Positions 1 through 10,545 are shown, counted from the first letter of the stretch. The stretch: DNA of 64,000 bases from a bacterium (GCA_965205865.1 CBDBHR010000030.1:1088001-1152000); one strand, 5' to 3'. The notes: generated by a model not told the origin, from the sequence alone. Numbers and translations: made by a program.

Positions 1-392
1 TCGTCGTTCTCTTCCAATATTTGCTCAATGATCCGGCAACCATAGAGCACCGCGTATTTTTCATAATCCGCATAGGTGGGTTGCACAATCAAAACGTTTC
101 GGTTCGCATGACAATAGCTCAAACCATGGATCAACTCCGTTGTTCCCGCACCACAAATCATGAAGGATTTCGGAATTTGGTAATAACGCGACAATTGTGA
201 CAGGACACTCTCAGAATAGGGTTCCGGCAAGCGCTGGATTGTTGCCAGCTTCTCTTCAAGAAGCCTCAAGGCCGATCCTGAAACGTTTTCGGCAATATTG
301 CTGCTGAGATCGATAATTTCCTCGATATCGATATCATGTTGTTGCGCCAGCCTGAAAATATTGCCGCCATGCTCATTGTTTCGCTTCAACAT
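1..392 (-). CDS. cobD: Threonine-phosphate decarboxylase / class I-II PLP aminotransferase, N-terminal part (runs off window)
   Basis: Manual translation from ATG at 392 gives MLKRNNEHGGNIFRLAQQHDIDIEEIIDLSSNI...GAGTTELI...QPTYADY, a CobD/HisC-like N-terminus; not in the ORF track. Confidence 0.7.
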   Translation of the reverse strand, partial: MLKRNNEHGGNIFRLAQQHDIDIEEIIDLSSNIAENVSGSALRLLEEKLATIQRLPEPYSESVLSQLSRYYQIPKSFMICGAGTTELIHGLSYCHANRNVLIVQPTYADYEKYAVLYGCRIIEQILEEND

Positions 393-578
393 ATATATTT
401 TTTCAAAAGAGCTAAGAATGCCGGATCTGACAGTTACCAACATACTATTTTATAAGCATTCCCGATTCACGCGGAATGGCTCGGAAATAAATTTTTGAGA
501 ACATTTCTCCTCTTCGCGTTACTATTGTAAAAGAGTCAACGCATATTATCCATCGAGCGTCTTGAACAAGGAGGAAAC

Positions 579-761
579 ATGCGAAACGATACATTGGAAA
601 AATTCCCCGATCGGAATTTTATCAACTTTGAAACAAAACTATTTCTGAAAAAAGGAGGACAAATCAAAATCCTTCCTCCTCAAAAAGCTGTCAGCAGAGC
701 TGTTATTTTCCCTTCTGAGTTGGCCGCTTATGAATCCCTTGATGATTTTACAATGTATTGA
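579..761 (+). CDS. Small hypothetical protein (60 aa), weak SutA-like FLxxGGxI motif
   Basis: Strong RBS AAGGAGG before ATG; motif FLKKGGQIKILPP. Confidence 0.6.
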   Translation: MRNDTLEKFPDRNFINFETKLFLKKGGQIKILPPQKAVSRAVIFPSELAAYESLDDFTMY

Positions 762-810
762 CCCGGGAACTGCCAATGTCCGTCTAGAGGGCATTGCCGG
801 TTTTCCGGTC
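760..810 (+). other. Long imperfect hairpin directly after the stop codon
   Basis: GACCCGGGAACTGCCAATGTCC pairs imperfectly with GGGCATTGCCGGTTTTCCGGTC. Confidence 0.55.
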
Positions 811-933
811 CACTCACTCATCTCCAAACATGATCATGACAATTGCCCGTATTGAATAAAGGATTGTCCAATCTTGGGGAGTTGTTCGTAAATTTTTAAC
901 AGATTATATAATTTTTCATCAAAAGAGGAAAAC

Positions 934-2382
934 ATGAAAATTCGATTTTTTTTGATAGCGGCACTAATAGGATTTGCAGTCGTTTTGGGAGGATTGGCCG
1001 CGACGGCTCCTCCTCTCCAATCTCTTATTCAACATTCCAAGACACGGGCAGACATTGTGGAAAAAGCTCAAAGAGCAGTTGTCCATATAGAGGTAGAAAA
1101 AACCGTTCCCGCCATGCGGAGGGGCGGAAATCGGGTACCTTTCGATTCCATGCCTGATGAATTCAAAAAATTCTTTTTTCCGGATACTGCTCCACAATCC
1201 CGGTCTTACCCTTTTGGATCTCAAGCACCCCGTGAATTCAGGCAATTTGGTCAGGGAAGTGGCACGATCGTCAGTCAGGTGGGACATGTTCTTACCAGTA
1301 GTCACGTGGTAAGCAATTCGAGTAAAATAGCAGTGACCCTCAGTGATGGTCGCGAATTTTCGGCTGAGATAGTAGGCGCTGATCCTCAATCCGACATTGC
1401 CGTGATCAAGATCGATGGTGAGGATCTTCCTGTCATGCCAACGGGAAATTCCGATGAGATTCGTATTGGAGAAACCGTCATTGCCATTGGGAATCCCTAT
1501 AGACTTTCCAATACCGTCACTATGGGAATCGTCAGTGCCAAAGGGCGTTCCAATGTCGGATTGATTGATTATGAAAATTTTATCCAGACCGATGCCGCGA
1601 TCAACCCGGGCAACAGTGGTGGTCCACTGATTGATCTCGAAGGAAAAATCATTGGCGTCAATGCCGCAATTTTTTCTCGAAGCGCAGGTTATCAGGGAAT
1701 CGGTTTCAGCGTGCCGATCAACATGGCACAGCATATCATGGAAGCATTGATTGCCGATGGCAAAGTGAAGAGAGGCTGGCTTGGAGTGAGCATCCAGGAT
1801 TTGACTCCTCAACTGGCCCAGGCATTCGGAGTGGAAAATCAGCAAGGCGCGCTGGTTGCCAAAGTTTTGGAAGACTCTCCGGCATCGCAAGCGGGTCTGA
1901 ATCAAGGCGACATCATTGTGAGTTTCAACCAACTCCCTGTCGCGGACAGCAACGATCTGCAAAACAAAGTAGGTTTGGCAGCGCCGCAAACCATGGCAGC
2001 ACTCAAAGTGATCCGAAATGGAGCGGAAATCGACATCAATTTGAAGTTGGGAGAGCGCTCTTCGCCAGGAATAACCAGTCCGCACCCCGTGGAAAAAGTA
2101 AATTCCCTTGGCATTTCAGTGCAGGATTTGAACCCTGAACTGGCAGAGAAATTCGGCTACCAGACAGATTCCGGTGTCGTCGTTACTGAGGTGGCTCCTG
2201 ATTCCGTGGCATTTCAAGCAGGCTTGAGAGCCGGGAACATGATTCAGGAAATAAATCAGGAAAAAATCGAGGATGCGCAGTCCTTTCAGGAGGCCATCGA
2301 AAAGGCTGATCCGGAAGAAGGGATTCTTCTTTTAGTGACCACTCCGGACGGGTCGAGATATCTTGTTTTGAAATCCGCTTAA
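934..2382 (+). CDS. degQ: DegP/DegQ (HtrA) serine endoprotease with two PDZ domains
   Basis: Signal peptide, GSGTIV, catalytic H (SSHVV), D (SDIAVIK) and TDAAINPGNSGGPL, plus two PDZ domains. Confidence 0.93.
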   Translation: MKIRFFLIAALIGFAVVLGGLAATAPPLQSLIQHSKTRADIVEKAQRAVVHIEVEKTVPAMRRGGNRVPFDSMPDEFKKFFFPDTAPQSRSYPFGSQAPREFRQFGQGSGTIVSQVGHVLTSSHVVSNSSKIAVTLSDGREFSAEIVGADPQSDIAVIKIDGEDLPVMPTGNSDEIRIGETVIAIGNPYRLSNTVTMGIVSAKGRSNVGLIDYENFIQTDAAINPGNSGGPLIDLEGKIIGVNAAIFSRSAGYQGIGFSVPINMAQHIMEALIADGKVKRGWLGVSIQDLTPQLAQAFGVENQQGALVAKVLEDSPASQAGLNQGDIIVSFNQLPVADSNDLQNKVGLAAPQTMAALKVIRNGAEIDINLKLGERSSPGITSPHPVEKVNSLGISVQDLNPELAEKFGYQTDSGVVVTEVAPDSVAFQAGLRAGNMIQEINQEKIEDAQSFQEAIEKADPEEGILLLVTTPDGSRYLVLKSA

Positions 2383-2395
2383 AACCACTTTCCTA

Positions 2396-2422
2396 CGGAG
2401 AGGGGCTCTTGACTCCTCTCCG
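2396..2422. terminator. Hairpin between convergent degQ and modA
   Basis: CGGAGAGGGG...CTCCTCTCCG stem. Confidence 0.55.
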
Positions 2423-2448
2423 ATGGCCACCGGGCGGCACAGTCACGC

Positions 2449-3210
2449 TCAAGGTATCGCCACGAATCCATAGCGTTCATAAATCCTCGAGACCCGAGGG
2501 CTTCTCAGAAAATCGATGAACGCCTGGCCTGCCGGATGTTCATTTTCGGAAACCAGGGCAATCGGATATACGATAGGAGAATGACTTTCTTGCGGAAAAA
2601 AACCTGCTATTCGCACACTTTTTTGCGCAATCAAAGCGTCCGTTAAATAAACGATCCCCATCTCCACTTCCCCCCGCTCCACGTAAACCAATGCCGTTCG
2701 TACGTCTCGGGCAGCCACCATCCGGAATTGCAACGCAGGCCACCAATTGAAATAATCCAATCCTTCTTTTGTATAAATACCGGCCGGGACGTGGTTGGGA
2801 TCTCCCATGCTGAATCGTCCCCGAAAAATGCTTGCCAGGTCGAAGTCGCGGTGCCATTGGATGGACTCGGACAGCATTTGACCCTTGGGTGTGATGATGA
2901 CCAGGCGATTACCAAAGAGATTGAAACGGGACTGCGGAACCAACCGTTGTTTCTGCTCCAGAAAATCCATCCACAGAGTGTTTGCAGATAAAATAATGTG
3001 CGCAGGCGCGCCTTGATCGATTTGTTTTGCCAACGTGGATGAGGATGCGAAAGACGTTCGGATCTCGACAGGATGTTGCTGCTGGTACGCTCGGGCGGCC
3101 TCCTGGACGACGTTGATGGTACTGGCGGCAGCGAAAATGATCAAAGGACCGGCTTCTACGGTGGCAATCAGTCCCCAATAAAAAATCATCAACCACAAAT
3201 ATCTTTTCAT
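2449..3210 (-). CDS. modA: Molybdate ABC transporter substrate-binding protein
   Basis: FAAAS, SFASSSTLAKQIDQGAPA, GDPNHVPAGIY, IVYLTDA and HSPIVYP motifs; start MKRYLW at 3210. Confidence 0.92.
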   Translation of the reverse strand: MKRYLWLMIFYWGLIATVEAGPLIIFAAASTINVVQEAARAYQQQHPVEIRTSFASSSTLAKQIDQGAPAHIILSANTLWMDFLEQKQRLVPQSRFNLFGNRLVIITPKGQMLSESIQWHRDFDLASIFRGRFSMGDPNHVPAGIYTKEGLDYFNWWPALQFRMVAARDVRTALVYVERGEVEMGIVYLTDALIAQKSVRIAGFFPQESHSPIVYPIALVSENEHPAGQAFIDFLRSPRVSRIYERYGFVAIP

Positions 3211-3440
3211 GAAATTTTCCTTGTGCTCGAATGGCTGTACGCTCTTTGGAAAAAAGGTCGTTGGATATCTGTTACTTAAAAAAGAGCCATTTTTCAAACT
3301 AGCACACAGAACTGAAAGAAGCAGAAGAAAAACTCAAAAAAATCATGTAAAGTAACGCTTTCTGGCCGCTTTCCAAACAACCATCAGATTCATGGTCTCA
3401 TCTGAAGTTTCTGAATGATTGGAAATAATATATTAACCTT

Positions 3441-3632
3441 ACTGACCCGACAGTCGTAAGTTTTCGTAATTCATTGAAATTATTAAGCCTGCGTTGAACG
3501 GTTCGTCACTTTCGCGAAGCTTGTCCCTGCGAAAGCAGGGAGCGGGAATCCGGAGTATTTTCAAGGGCTTACGCAAACCGTATCCCGGATCTAGTCCGGG
3601 ATGAGATAAGAACTTACAACTCTTGAGTTACT
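3441..3632. repeat. MITE-like element with imperfect terminal inverted repeats enclosing a GTCA-type REP doublet
   Basis: Ends ACTGACCCGACAGTCGTAAGTT / AACTTACAACTCTTGAGTTACT; internal CCTGCGAAAGCAGG and TCCCGGATCTAGTCCGGGA hairpins. Confidence 0.6.
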
Positions 3633-3697
3633 GAATTGATTGTCCTTTCAATCGGAAAATGTTCCGCAGGCAGGTCAGTTCAAGAAACGGAAATCTT

Positions 3698-5110
3698 ATG
3701 AAACATTACGATATAGTCGTCATCGGTTCCGGAGGAGGAGCAAAAATTTCAACGCCTTCTTCCAAATTAGGCTACAAAGTGGCGCTGATTGAAAAAGGGC
3801 CCATGGGAGGGACTTGCCTCAATCGCGGCTGTATTCCGTCGAAAATGTTGATTCATGCAGCCGAAGTTGCTCAAGTCATTCAGGAAGCCCATCGCTTTCA
3901 AGTGATACCCAAAGGTTTTGAAGTGGATTTTTCAGCCCTCGTCCATCGGGTCAGTGACAGTATCGATTCGGAATCCTTGAGCATCAATCCCGGGATCGAA
4001 GCCAATCCCAACATCGACTGGTACGCGCAACACGCCCGATTTACGGGTGAGAGGCGATTGCAAGTGGGAGATGAAGAAATAACGGCAGAGCGGATTTTTA
4101 TCGCCGCGGGCGCCCGTCCATCTATTCCGAATATTCCGGGTCTCGCGGAAGTTCCTTTCATAACCAGTACGGAAGCGCTGCGACTCGATCGATTCCCTCG
4201 GAAGATGGTAGTGATCGGCGCCGGTTACATTGCCACCGAACTGGCATTCTATTTTGGAAGCCTGGGCACTGAGATTCACATGTTCGCTCGCAGCCGGATG
4301 CTCAAAGTGGAGGATTTTGAAATAAGAGAGGAATTCGAAAAAGTATTCAGTGAGCAACACCAGGTCTATTTCAATACGCTGCCCGGCAGAATACGGCATC
4401 GGGACGGTCGATTCGAAGTCTTTTATGAGGACTGGCAAAGACAATCCCGCATGATCGAATGCGACCAGGTTTTGGTAGCAACGGGAGTCGTGCCCAATAG
4501 TGATCTGCTGGACCTGGAAAAAACCGGAGTGGAAGTGCGAAGAAATGGATTCATCAAGGTGAATGAATACCTGCGCACCACGGCGGACAATATTTGGGCA
4601 TTCGGTGATATTGCGGGCAATTATCTCTTTAGACACAGCACCAATTTCGAAGGACAATATCTATTCGCCTCCGTCATTCACCAGGCAACGCGGGACCCCA
4701 TCGATTACACCGGCATGCCCCATGCCGTTTTCACCCATCCTCAAATCGCCGCGGTGGGTGAACGGGAAGAAGAACTGAAAGAACGTGGCGCACAGTACGT
4801 GAAAGGCGTCCATCCTTATTCCGGCAGCGCCATGGGAATGGCCCTGCGCTCCAATCACGGGTTCGTCAAACTGTTGATTGAAAAACAAACCCACCGCATT
4901 TTAGGATGTCACATCATTGGACCCGAAGCCAGCGTGCTGGTCCACCAGATCATCCCTTTGATGCGCTTGCAGGGAAAGCTGGAAGATTTGCTCTACATGA
5001 TTCACATTCACCCGGCCCTTTCCGAGATAGTGCGCAATGCGGCCCGCAAAGCGCGCGACCAGCTGATGGACGCCGGTGAAGAATTGCCCGTTCCTCTTAA
5101 AATCGCATGA
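3698..5110 (+). CDS. Pyridine nucleotide-disulfide oxidoreductase (dihydrolipoyl dehydrogenase / mycothione reductase family)
   Basis: GSGGG FAD motif, GGTCLNRGCIPSK redox disulfide, GAGYI, C-terminal HIHPALSE. Confidence 0.9.
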   Translation: MKHYDIVVIGSGGGAKISTPSSKLGYKVALIEKGPMGGTCLNRGCIPSKMLIHAAEVAQVIQEAHRFQVIPKGFEVDFSALVHRVSDSIDSESLSINPGIEANPNIDWYAQHARFTGERRLQVGDEEITAERIFIAAGARPSIPNIPGLAEVPFITSTEALRLDRFPRKMVVIGAGYIATELAFYFGSLGTEIHMFARSRMLKVEDFEIREEFEKVFSEQHQVYFNTLPGRIRHRDGRFEVFYEDWQRQSRMIECDQVLVATGVVPNSDLLDLEKTGVEVRRNGFIKVNEYLRTTADNIWAFGDIAGNYLFRHSTNFEGQYLFASVIHQATRDPIDYTGMPHAVFTHPQIAAVGEREEELKERGAQYVKGVHPYSGSAMGMALRSNHGFVKLLIEKQTHRILGCHIIGPEASVLVHQIIPLMRLQGKLEDLLYMIHIHPALSEIVRNAARKARDQLMDAGEELPVPLKIA

Positions 5111-5145
5111 GTTTCAAAGCCTCCCGTGGAATCGCTTACTGAAAA

Positions 5146-8100
5146 ATGCCGGCACTGACCCTCAAACCCAACCACAAGCCCGTCAAAGCATATTATGACT
5201 CGCTCCAGCAATTCGAGCGGCTCGGAGTGACCCATGAAAGCGCTGTCCGCTCGGCGTTCCAAACGTTGCTGGAAGGGTGTGGAAAACAGTTCGGCTGGAC
5301 GCTCGTTCCCGAATATTCCATCAGCCTTGCTCGAAACAGACGGATTGTCGTTGATGGCGCCTTGATCGACGATTTCCAATTGCCGCAGGGCTACTGGGAG
5401 GCCAAAGACATTCATGACGATTTGCCGGGAGAAGTGCTTCGCAAGTTTGCGGCAGGCTATCCGCGTAGCAACATCCTTTTCCAAACGCCCAAACGGGCCA
5501 TCCTCTGGCAAAACGAGCAGCGGGTGCTCGATAACGACCTGAGCGACCCGGAACAACTGATCGAGACGCTGCAGACCTTTTTTTCATACCGTCCGCAACA
5601 ATACGTCGAATGGCAAGATGCGGTAGCGCAGTTCAAAGACAAAGTTCCTCACATCGGAAGGGGAGTGGCTCGCTTGATCCACCAAGAACGACGTAGCAAC
5701 CCGCGATTTACCAGTGCCTTTGCGGACTTCCTGGAAAAATGTCGTTCCTCGATCAACCCCGACCTTTCCGAAGACGCCGTCGAGGAGATGCTCATTCAAC
5801 ATTTACTCACGGTGCGGATTTTCCGCACCGTCTTCAACAACCCCGACTTCACCCGCCGCAACGTCATCGCCAATGAGATCGAGACCGTCATCGATGCGCT
5901 CACTTCACAATCCTTCAGTCGACTTGATTTCCTTCAAAGCCTGGACCACTTCTATGTGGCAATCGAGCGAACGGCGGCAACCATCAGCAATTTTTCACAA
6001 AAACAGCATTTCCTCAACACGGTCTACGAGCAGTTTTTCCAGGGCTTTTCAGTCAAGGTCGCCGATACGCACGGCATCGTCTACACGCCGCAATCCATTG
6101 TAGAATTCATGGTAAAAAGCGTGGAACGGATTCTACGGAGCGAATTTGATACTTCCCTTTCAGACGGCGGGGTGCACGTCATTGATCCGTTCGTGGGCAC
6201 CGGCAATTTCATCGTCCGCATCATGCGCGAGATCCGCAAGACCGCGCTGCCGGACAAGTATGCGCGCGAGCTTCACTGCAATGAGGTCATGCTGCTGCCT
6301 TACTACGTCGCCTCCATGAACGTCGAACACGAGTTCTACCAGGCAACGGGCGCTTACCAGCCCTTCGAGGGCATCTGTCTGGTAGATACTTTCGACCTCG
6401 CGGAAGAGCGCCAGTTATCACTTTTTGTCCCCAGGAACACCCAGCGCGTTGAAAAGCAGAAGGATACCCCGATGTTCGTGGTCATCGGCAATCCACCTTA
6501 CAACGTCGGTCAGGTCAACGAGAACGACAACAACAAGAATCGCCAGTATGCCACCCTGGACAAGCGGGTTGCGCAAACCTATTCCGGAGACTCGCGCGCG
6601 ACCTTGAAAGCTCAATTGGCTGATCCATACGTGAAAGCCATTCGCTGGGCATGCGACCGGATCGGAGAGCAGGGGATCGTCGCTTTCGTCACCAACAACA
6701 GCTTCCTTGATGGTATCGCTTTTGATGGCATGCGGAAACATCTCGCAGACGATTTCGACGCGATATATATGCTCGATTTGGGAGGAAACGTGCGTAAGAA
6801 TCCGAAGCTTTCAGGGACGACACACAACGTCTTTGGCATTCAGGTGGGGGTCTGCATCAATTTTTTCGTCAAAAAAAAAGACAACTCCAATTTCCCAGTA
6901 AAAATATTCTATGCTCGTGTCGATGAATCCTGGCGTAAGGAAAACAAGTATCACTATCTTGATGCCATGGAACAATACCAAAACATCGAATGGCAGCCGG
7001 TAACGCCGGATAAAAACCATACATGGCTCACGGAGGGACTACGCAGCGAGTTTGAGACCTTTATCCCTGTGGGAAGTAAGGTCGCAAAGGCAGGAAAAGA
7101 CGACGGAATGGAGGTGATTTTCAAACACTATTGTAATGGGGTCAAAACCAACCGTGATGCCTGGACGTACAATTTCAAACGGGACGCGCTCGCTAAAAAC
7201 ATGCGGCAGACGATCGAGTATTACAATGAACAGGTGCTCAAGTGGGAACGACGCGCAGACGAGGAGGCCAACATTGATGATTTCGTGGTTTATGACGACG
7301 CGAAAATCAGTTGGAGTAGTACTTTAAAATTGCACTTGAAGCGAAACAGAAGCGCAGTATATGCTGAACGCAAGGTGAGAAATTCACTCTATCGTCCCTT
7401 CACCAAATCGATCCTCTTCTTTGATCACGTTATGGTCGATAGAAATGGAAGTTTCCCATCCATCTTCCCCACACCAGAAACGGAAACCGAGAATCGGGTG
7501 ATTTGTCTCACTGCCGTGGGGAATAAAAAGCCATTTCACTGCCTGATGACAAAGCAGCTAACGGATTTGCATCTTACTGGAGATTCCCAATGCTTCCCCT
7601 TTTACACCTATGACGAAGACGGGACGAATCGACGGGAGAACATCACCGGTGGGGTCTTGCGCAAATTCCGTTCTCAGTACCAGGACGAGAGCATCAGTAA
7701 GTTGGACATTTTTCATTACGTTTACGCAGTGTTGCATCACCCCAATTACCGTGAACACTATCAAGCGAACCTCAAACGGGAATTACCCCGCCTGCCCTTC
7801 GTATCGGATTTTTGGAGCTATGTCAAAATAGGAAGACGGTTGGGGGAGATCCATGTTTCCTACGAAGACCAACCCGAATATCACCTCGACTTCATCGAGA
7901 CCCCCGGTGAACCACTCGATTGGCGCGTCGAGAAGATGAAGCTCTCCAAAGACAAGTCTCAGATCCGCTACAATGATTTCCTCACCCTGCCCGGTATCCC
8001 ACCCGAAGCCTTCGACTACCGCTTGGGCAATCGCTCGGCTTTGGATTGGATTATCGACCAGTACCGAGTCAAGACCGACAAACGAAGCGGCATCACCAAC

Positions 8101-8223
8101 GACCCCAACCGCCCGGACGACCCGCAGTACATCGTCAAACTGATCGGCAAGGTCATCACCATCAGTCTGGAAACCGTCAAACTCGTCAAGGAGTCACCAG
8201 AATGGCCCGCTGATCTTAAGTAA
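5146..8223 (+). CDS. Single-chain restriction-modification enzyme (N6-adenine MTase with N-terminal nuclease-like domain and type ISP-like C-terminal specificity domain)
   Basis: VDG...YWEAKD nuclease-like motif, GIVYTP, motif I DPFVGTGNF, motif IV GNPPY, C-terminal YRPF / YRLGNRSALDW. Confidence 0.88.
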   Translation: MPALTLKPNHKPVKAYYDSLQQFERLGVTHESAVRSAFQTLLEGCGKQFGWTLVPEYSISLARNRRIVVDGALIDDFQLPQGYWEAKDIHDDLPGEVLRKFAAGYPRSNILFQTPKRAILWQNEQRVLDNDLSDPEQLIETLQTFFSYRPQQYVEWQDAVAQFKDKVPHIGRGVARLIHQERRSNPRFTSAFADFLEKCRSSINPDLSEDAVEEMLIQHLLTVRIFRTVFNNPDFTRRNVIANEIETVIDALTSQSFSRLDFLQSLDHFYVAIERTAATISNFSQKQHFLNTVYEQFFQGFSVKVADTHGIVYTPQSIVEFMVKSVERILRSEFDTSLSDGGVHVIDPFVGTGNFIVRIMREIRKTALPDKYARELHCNEVMLLPYYVASMNVEHEFYQATGAYQPFEGICLVDTFDLAEERQLSLFVPRNTQRVEKQKDTPMFVVIGNPPYNVGQVNENDNNKNRQYATLDKRVAQTYSGDSRATLKAQLADPYVKAIRWACDRIGEQGIVAFVTNNSFLDGIAFDGMRKHLADDFDAIYMLDLGGNVRKNPKLSGTTHNVFGIQVGVCINFFVKKKDNSNFPVKIFYARVDESWRKENKYHYLDAMEQYQNIEWQPVTPDKNHTWLTEGLRSEFETFIPVGSKVAKAGKDDGMEVIFKHYCNGVKTNRDAWTYNFKRDALAKNMRQTIEYYNEQVLKWERRADEEANIDDFVVYDDAKISWSSTLKLHLKRNRSAVYAERKVRNSLYRPFTKSILFFDHVMVDRNGSFPSIFPTPETETENRVICLTAVGNKKPFHCLMTKQLTDLHLTGDSQCFPFYTYDEDGTNRRENITGGVLRKFRSQYQDESISKLDIFHYVYAVLHHPNYREHYQANLKRELPRLPFVSDFWSYVKIGRRLGEIHVSYEDQPEYHLDFIETPGEPLDWRVEKMKLSKDKSQIRYNDFLTLPGIPPEAFDYRLGNRSALDWIIDQYRVKTDKRSGITNDPNRPDDPQYIVKLIGKVITISLETVKLVKESPEWPADLK

Positions 8224-8779
8224 ACAACAATAGTTCTTTTCGAAAGAGGTAACTGCTGTTGGAACAATGGGGCCTATTGGAGAACAAGCTATATCCTAAC
8301 CGTTCATGAATTTTTTTTTTCACGCCCGATCATGAAAATACTGTATACTTCTATTGATCGGTGTTGAGGTCGTCGCAACTTTGGAGGCACATCAGTGACC
8401 CCGTAACCTAAGCTGATCCAAGCAGCTTCGTTTGAACCCCCGATTGCACATGCGTTTTTGAGCATAGTGCGCATAGTAAGATAACCAACTTTCATGAGGT
8501 TATCGAACTGCTGTACCGATCATTCTTGTCCCTTTTTGAAGAGGACGTTACCTTTACGAATCGGGAACGCAAAGAGTATTAGTGTCAAACGACACATTTA
8601 AATGTTTGAATGATCTTTAAATTGCTATCATTGTCCCGCTGACAACGCTGTTTATTTCATCACGGGTGGAGTGCGCTCTCAAACAACCATTATTTTCATA
8701 GTAAGATGGAAATTTTCCTTTTCATACAGCAATTCACCAGATACTAGTAAAGTTTTGTAGAGATTTCGGAGAAAAAACC

Positions 8780-9889
8780 ATGATTTCTTCATATTACTTC
8801 AGGGACACTTCGTCTGACAAGTGGGAGTTTCAAGAAACTAAGTTAAATAACGTAAACTTGATTGTTGGTGCCTCGGCGTCTGGTAAAACCAGATACCTGA
8901 ATACGATTTTTAACGTTTCTAAAGCTATCGTACAGAATCAAACATTTATACCAGGATGTTGGAGACTAACTATAAAAACGGAAAAATATGAATATCTGTG
9001 GGAATGTGAGAGTATAGTATTTGACGGTGGCAGTCAAATTGAAAAGGAAATTGTAAAGCGTAAGCGCAGGGATTCTCAAGACCGATTTGAGAATCTGATT
9101 GAAAGAACATCGGATAACTTTATTTTCTGTGAAAATGTATTGCCAAAACTACAGCGTGATAGGCCTGGAATCACACTTCTCAAAGAAGAGGAAAAAATAG
9201 GTCCTCTTTTTGAAACTTTCTCAAAAGTCCAGATAAGAAAATTCCATGATGAGGGCTTAAGAGATGCATTTAGTTTACAAGATGTGTCGAATCAATTGAT
9301 CGCTCTTACTGAATCGAAAGATAAGATTTTTACTTTATGGATGCAACAACCCACCCTGAGTGCCAAAATGTATCTTCTTAGTAAAACGTTCCCTGAATGT
9401 TATGATTTGGCAGTAAAGACCTTTGTACAAATCTTTCCTTCTATTAAAAAATGTTACGTGAATATTCAGACTCCAGGAGTGGTCCCCATATTCTTAATAG
9501 AAGAAGAGAAAATAAACAGAACAATTCCATTGCTTGAACTCTCATCAGGAATGCAAAAAGTTTTATTGATTATTACCGATATAATTACCTTACCAAAAGG
9601 TTCAATCTATATAATTGATGAATATGAAAACTCACTAGGAATTAATGCTATTGATTTTCTCCCAGAATTTCTGATCGAACATGGTACAAACATTCAAATA
9701 TTTATTACGACTCACCACCCCTATCTGATTAACAGCATGCCCATGAAAACATGGAGAGTATTTAACAGGATTGGTTCAAAAGTATTTATCAAAAGAGGTA
9801 CAGAGTTTGAAAAGAGGTATGGTAAGTCTAAACAAAAAGCCTTTATTCAACTCATTAACGATCCATTCTATTCTGGTAATCAACTGTAA
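8780..9889 (+). CDS. ABC-type ATPase (AAA_15/AAA_21-like), putative defence
   Basis: Walker A GASASGKT, signature LSSGMQK, Walker B IIDEYENSLG, TTHHP; low GC. Confidence 0.85.
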   Translation: MISSYYFRDTSSDKWEFQETKLNNVNLIVGASASGKTRYLNTIFNVSKAIVQNQTFIPGCWRLTIKTEKYEYLWECESIVFDGGSQIEKEIVKRKRRDSQDRFENLIERTSDNFIFCENVLPKLQRDRPGITLLKEEEKIGPLFETFSKVQIRKFHDEGLRDAFSLQDVSNQLIALTESKDKIFTLWMQQPTLSAKMYLLSKTFPECYDLAVKTFVQIFPSIKKCYVNIQTPGVVPIFLIEEEKINRTIPLLELSSGMQKVLLIITDIITLPKGSIYIIDEYENSLGINAIDFLPEFLIEHGTNIQIFITTHHPYLINSMPMKTWRVFNRIGSKVFIKRGTEFEKRYGKSKQKAFIQLINDPFYSGNQL

Positions 9890-10545
9890 TGAATGTGTAT
9901 TTGATCGTTGAAGGTGAGGGAGAGAAAAAAGTATACGCGCATTGGGTTCGGCTAATTAATCCAAGTCTAAATATTGTAAATAGTCTTGATGAAGTTCAAC
10001 ATAATAACCTGATAATTTATTCTGGAGGAGGATATCCTAATTATTTTGAGGTAATTGAAGCTGAAGTTGAAGATGTTTCGGCAAATGAGAAATTAGATAG
10101 GCTTATTATCGCTATTGATTCAGAAGAAATGTCGTTTGAAGAAAAATGGCGGGAAATTGATGAATTTGTGATTGAACTTGGGAAAAATCTTGATTATAAA
10201 ATTATCGTCCAACATTTCTGTCTGGAAACTTGGGCACTTGGCAATGAAGTCATAGTTTCAAGAAACCCAAAGGATCCTAAGATTCTTGAATTGAGAAAGT
10301 ATTTCGATGTTTTGAATAACGACCCAGAATTCCTGCCTGATTATCCAGAAAATAACTTAAACCGTTCTCAATTTGCAGAGTATTACTTAAGAAAACTATT
10401 GAATGAGAAATACAGGAATCTTACTTATAAAAAAAATAATCCTAAGGCTCTTTTGCACGAAACGTATTTCCATCGTGTAAAAAAGAGGTGGAAAACAACA
10501 AGACACATCAAAAGTTTTAAATTTTTTTTAGACGCTTTTGTTTAA
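9889..10545 (+). CDS. TOPRIM-like protein (DUF4276/RloB-like), translationally coupled to the ATPase
   Basis: N-terminal YLIVEGEGE, IAIDSE and CLETW motifs; TAATG overlap with the ATPase stop. Confidence 0.7.
   Translation: MNVYLIVEGEGEKKVYAHWVRLINPSLNIVNSLDEVQHNNLIIYSGGGYPNYFEVIEAEVEDVSANEKLDRLIIAIDSEEMSFEEKWREIDEFVIELGKNLDYKIIVQHFCLETWALGNEVIVSRNPKDPKILELRKYFDVLNNDPEFLPDYPENNLNRSQFAEYYLRKLLNEKYRNLTYKKNNPKALLHETYFHRVKKRWKTTRHIKSFKFFLDAFV

Noticed and set aside
964-2085. Long antisense ORFs (also 17690-18997, 34291-35154, 41679-42464, 43447-44127, 51392-52093)
   Set aside because: Shadow frames opposite well-supported genes, with no motifs of their own.
8304-8740. Possible gene or ncRNA between the R-M gene and the ATPase (retron-like layout)
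   Set aside because: Multiple stops in the frames checked, no recognisable structure and no reverse transcriptase gene.
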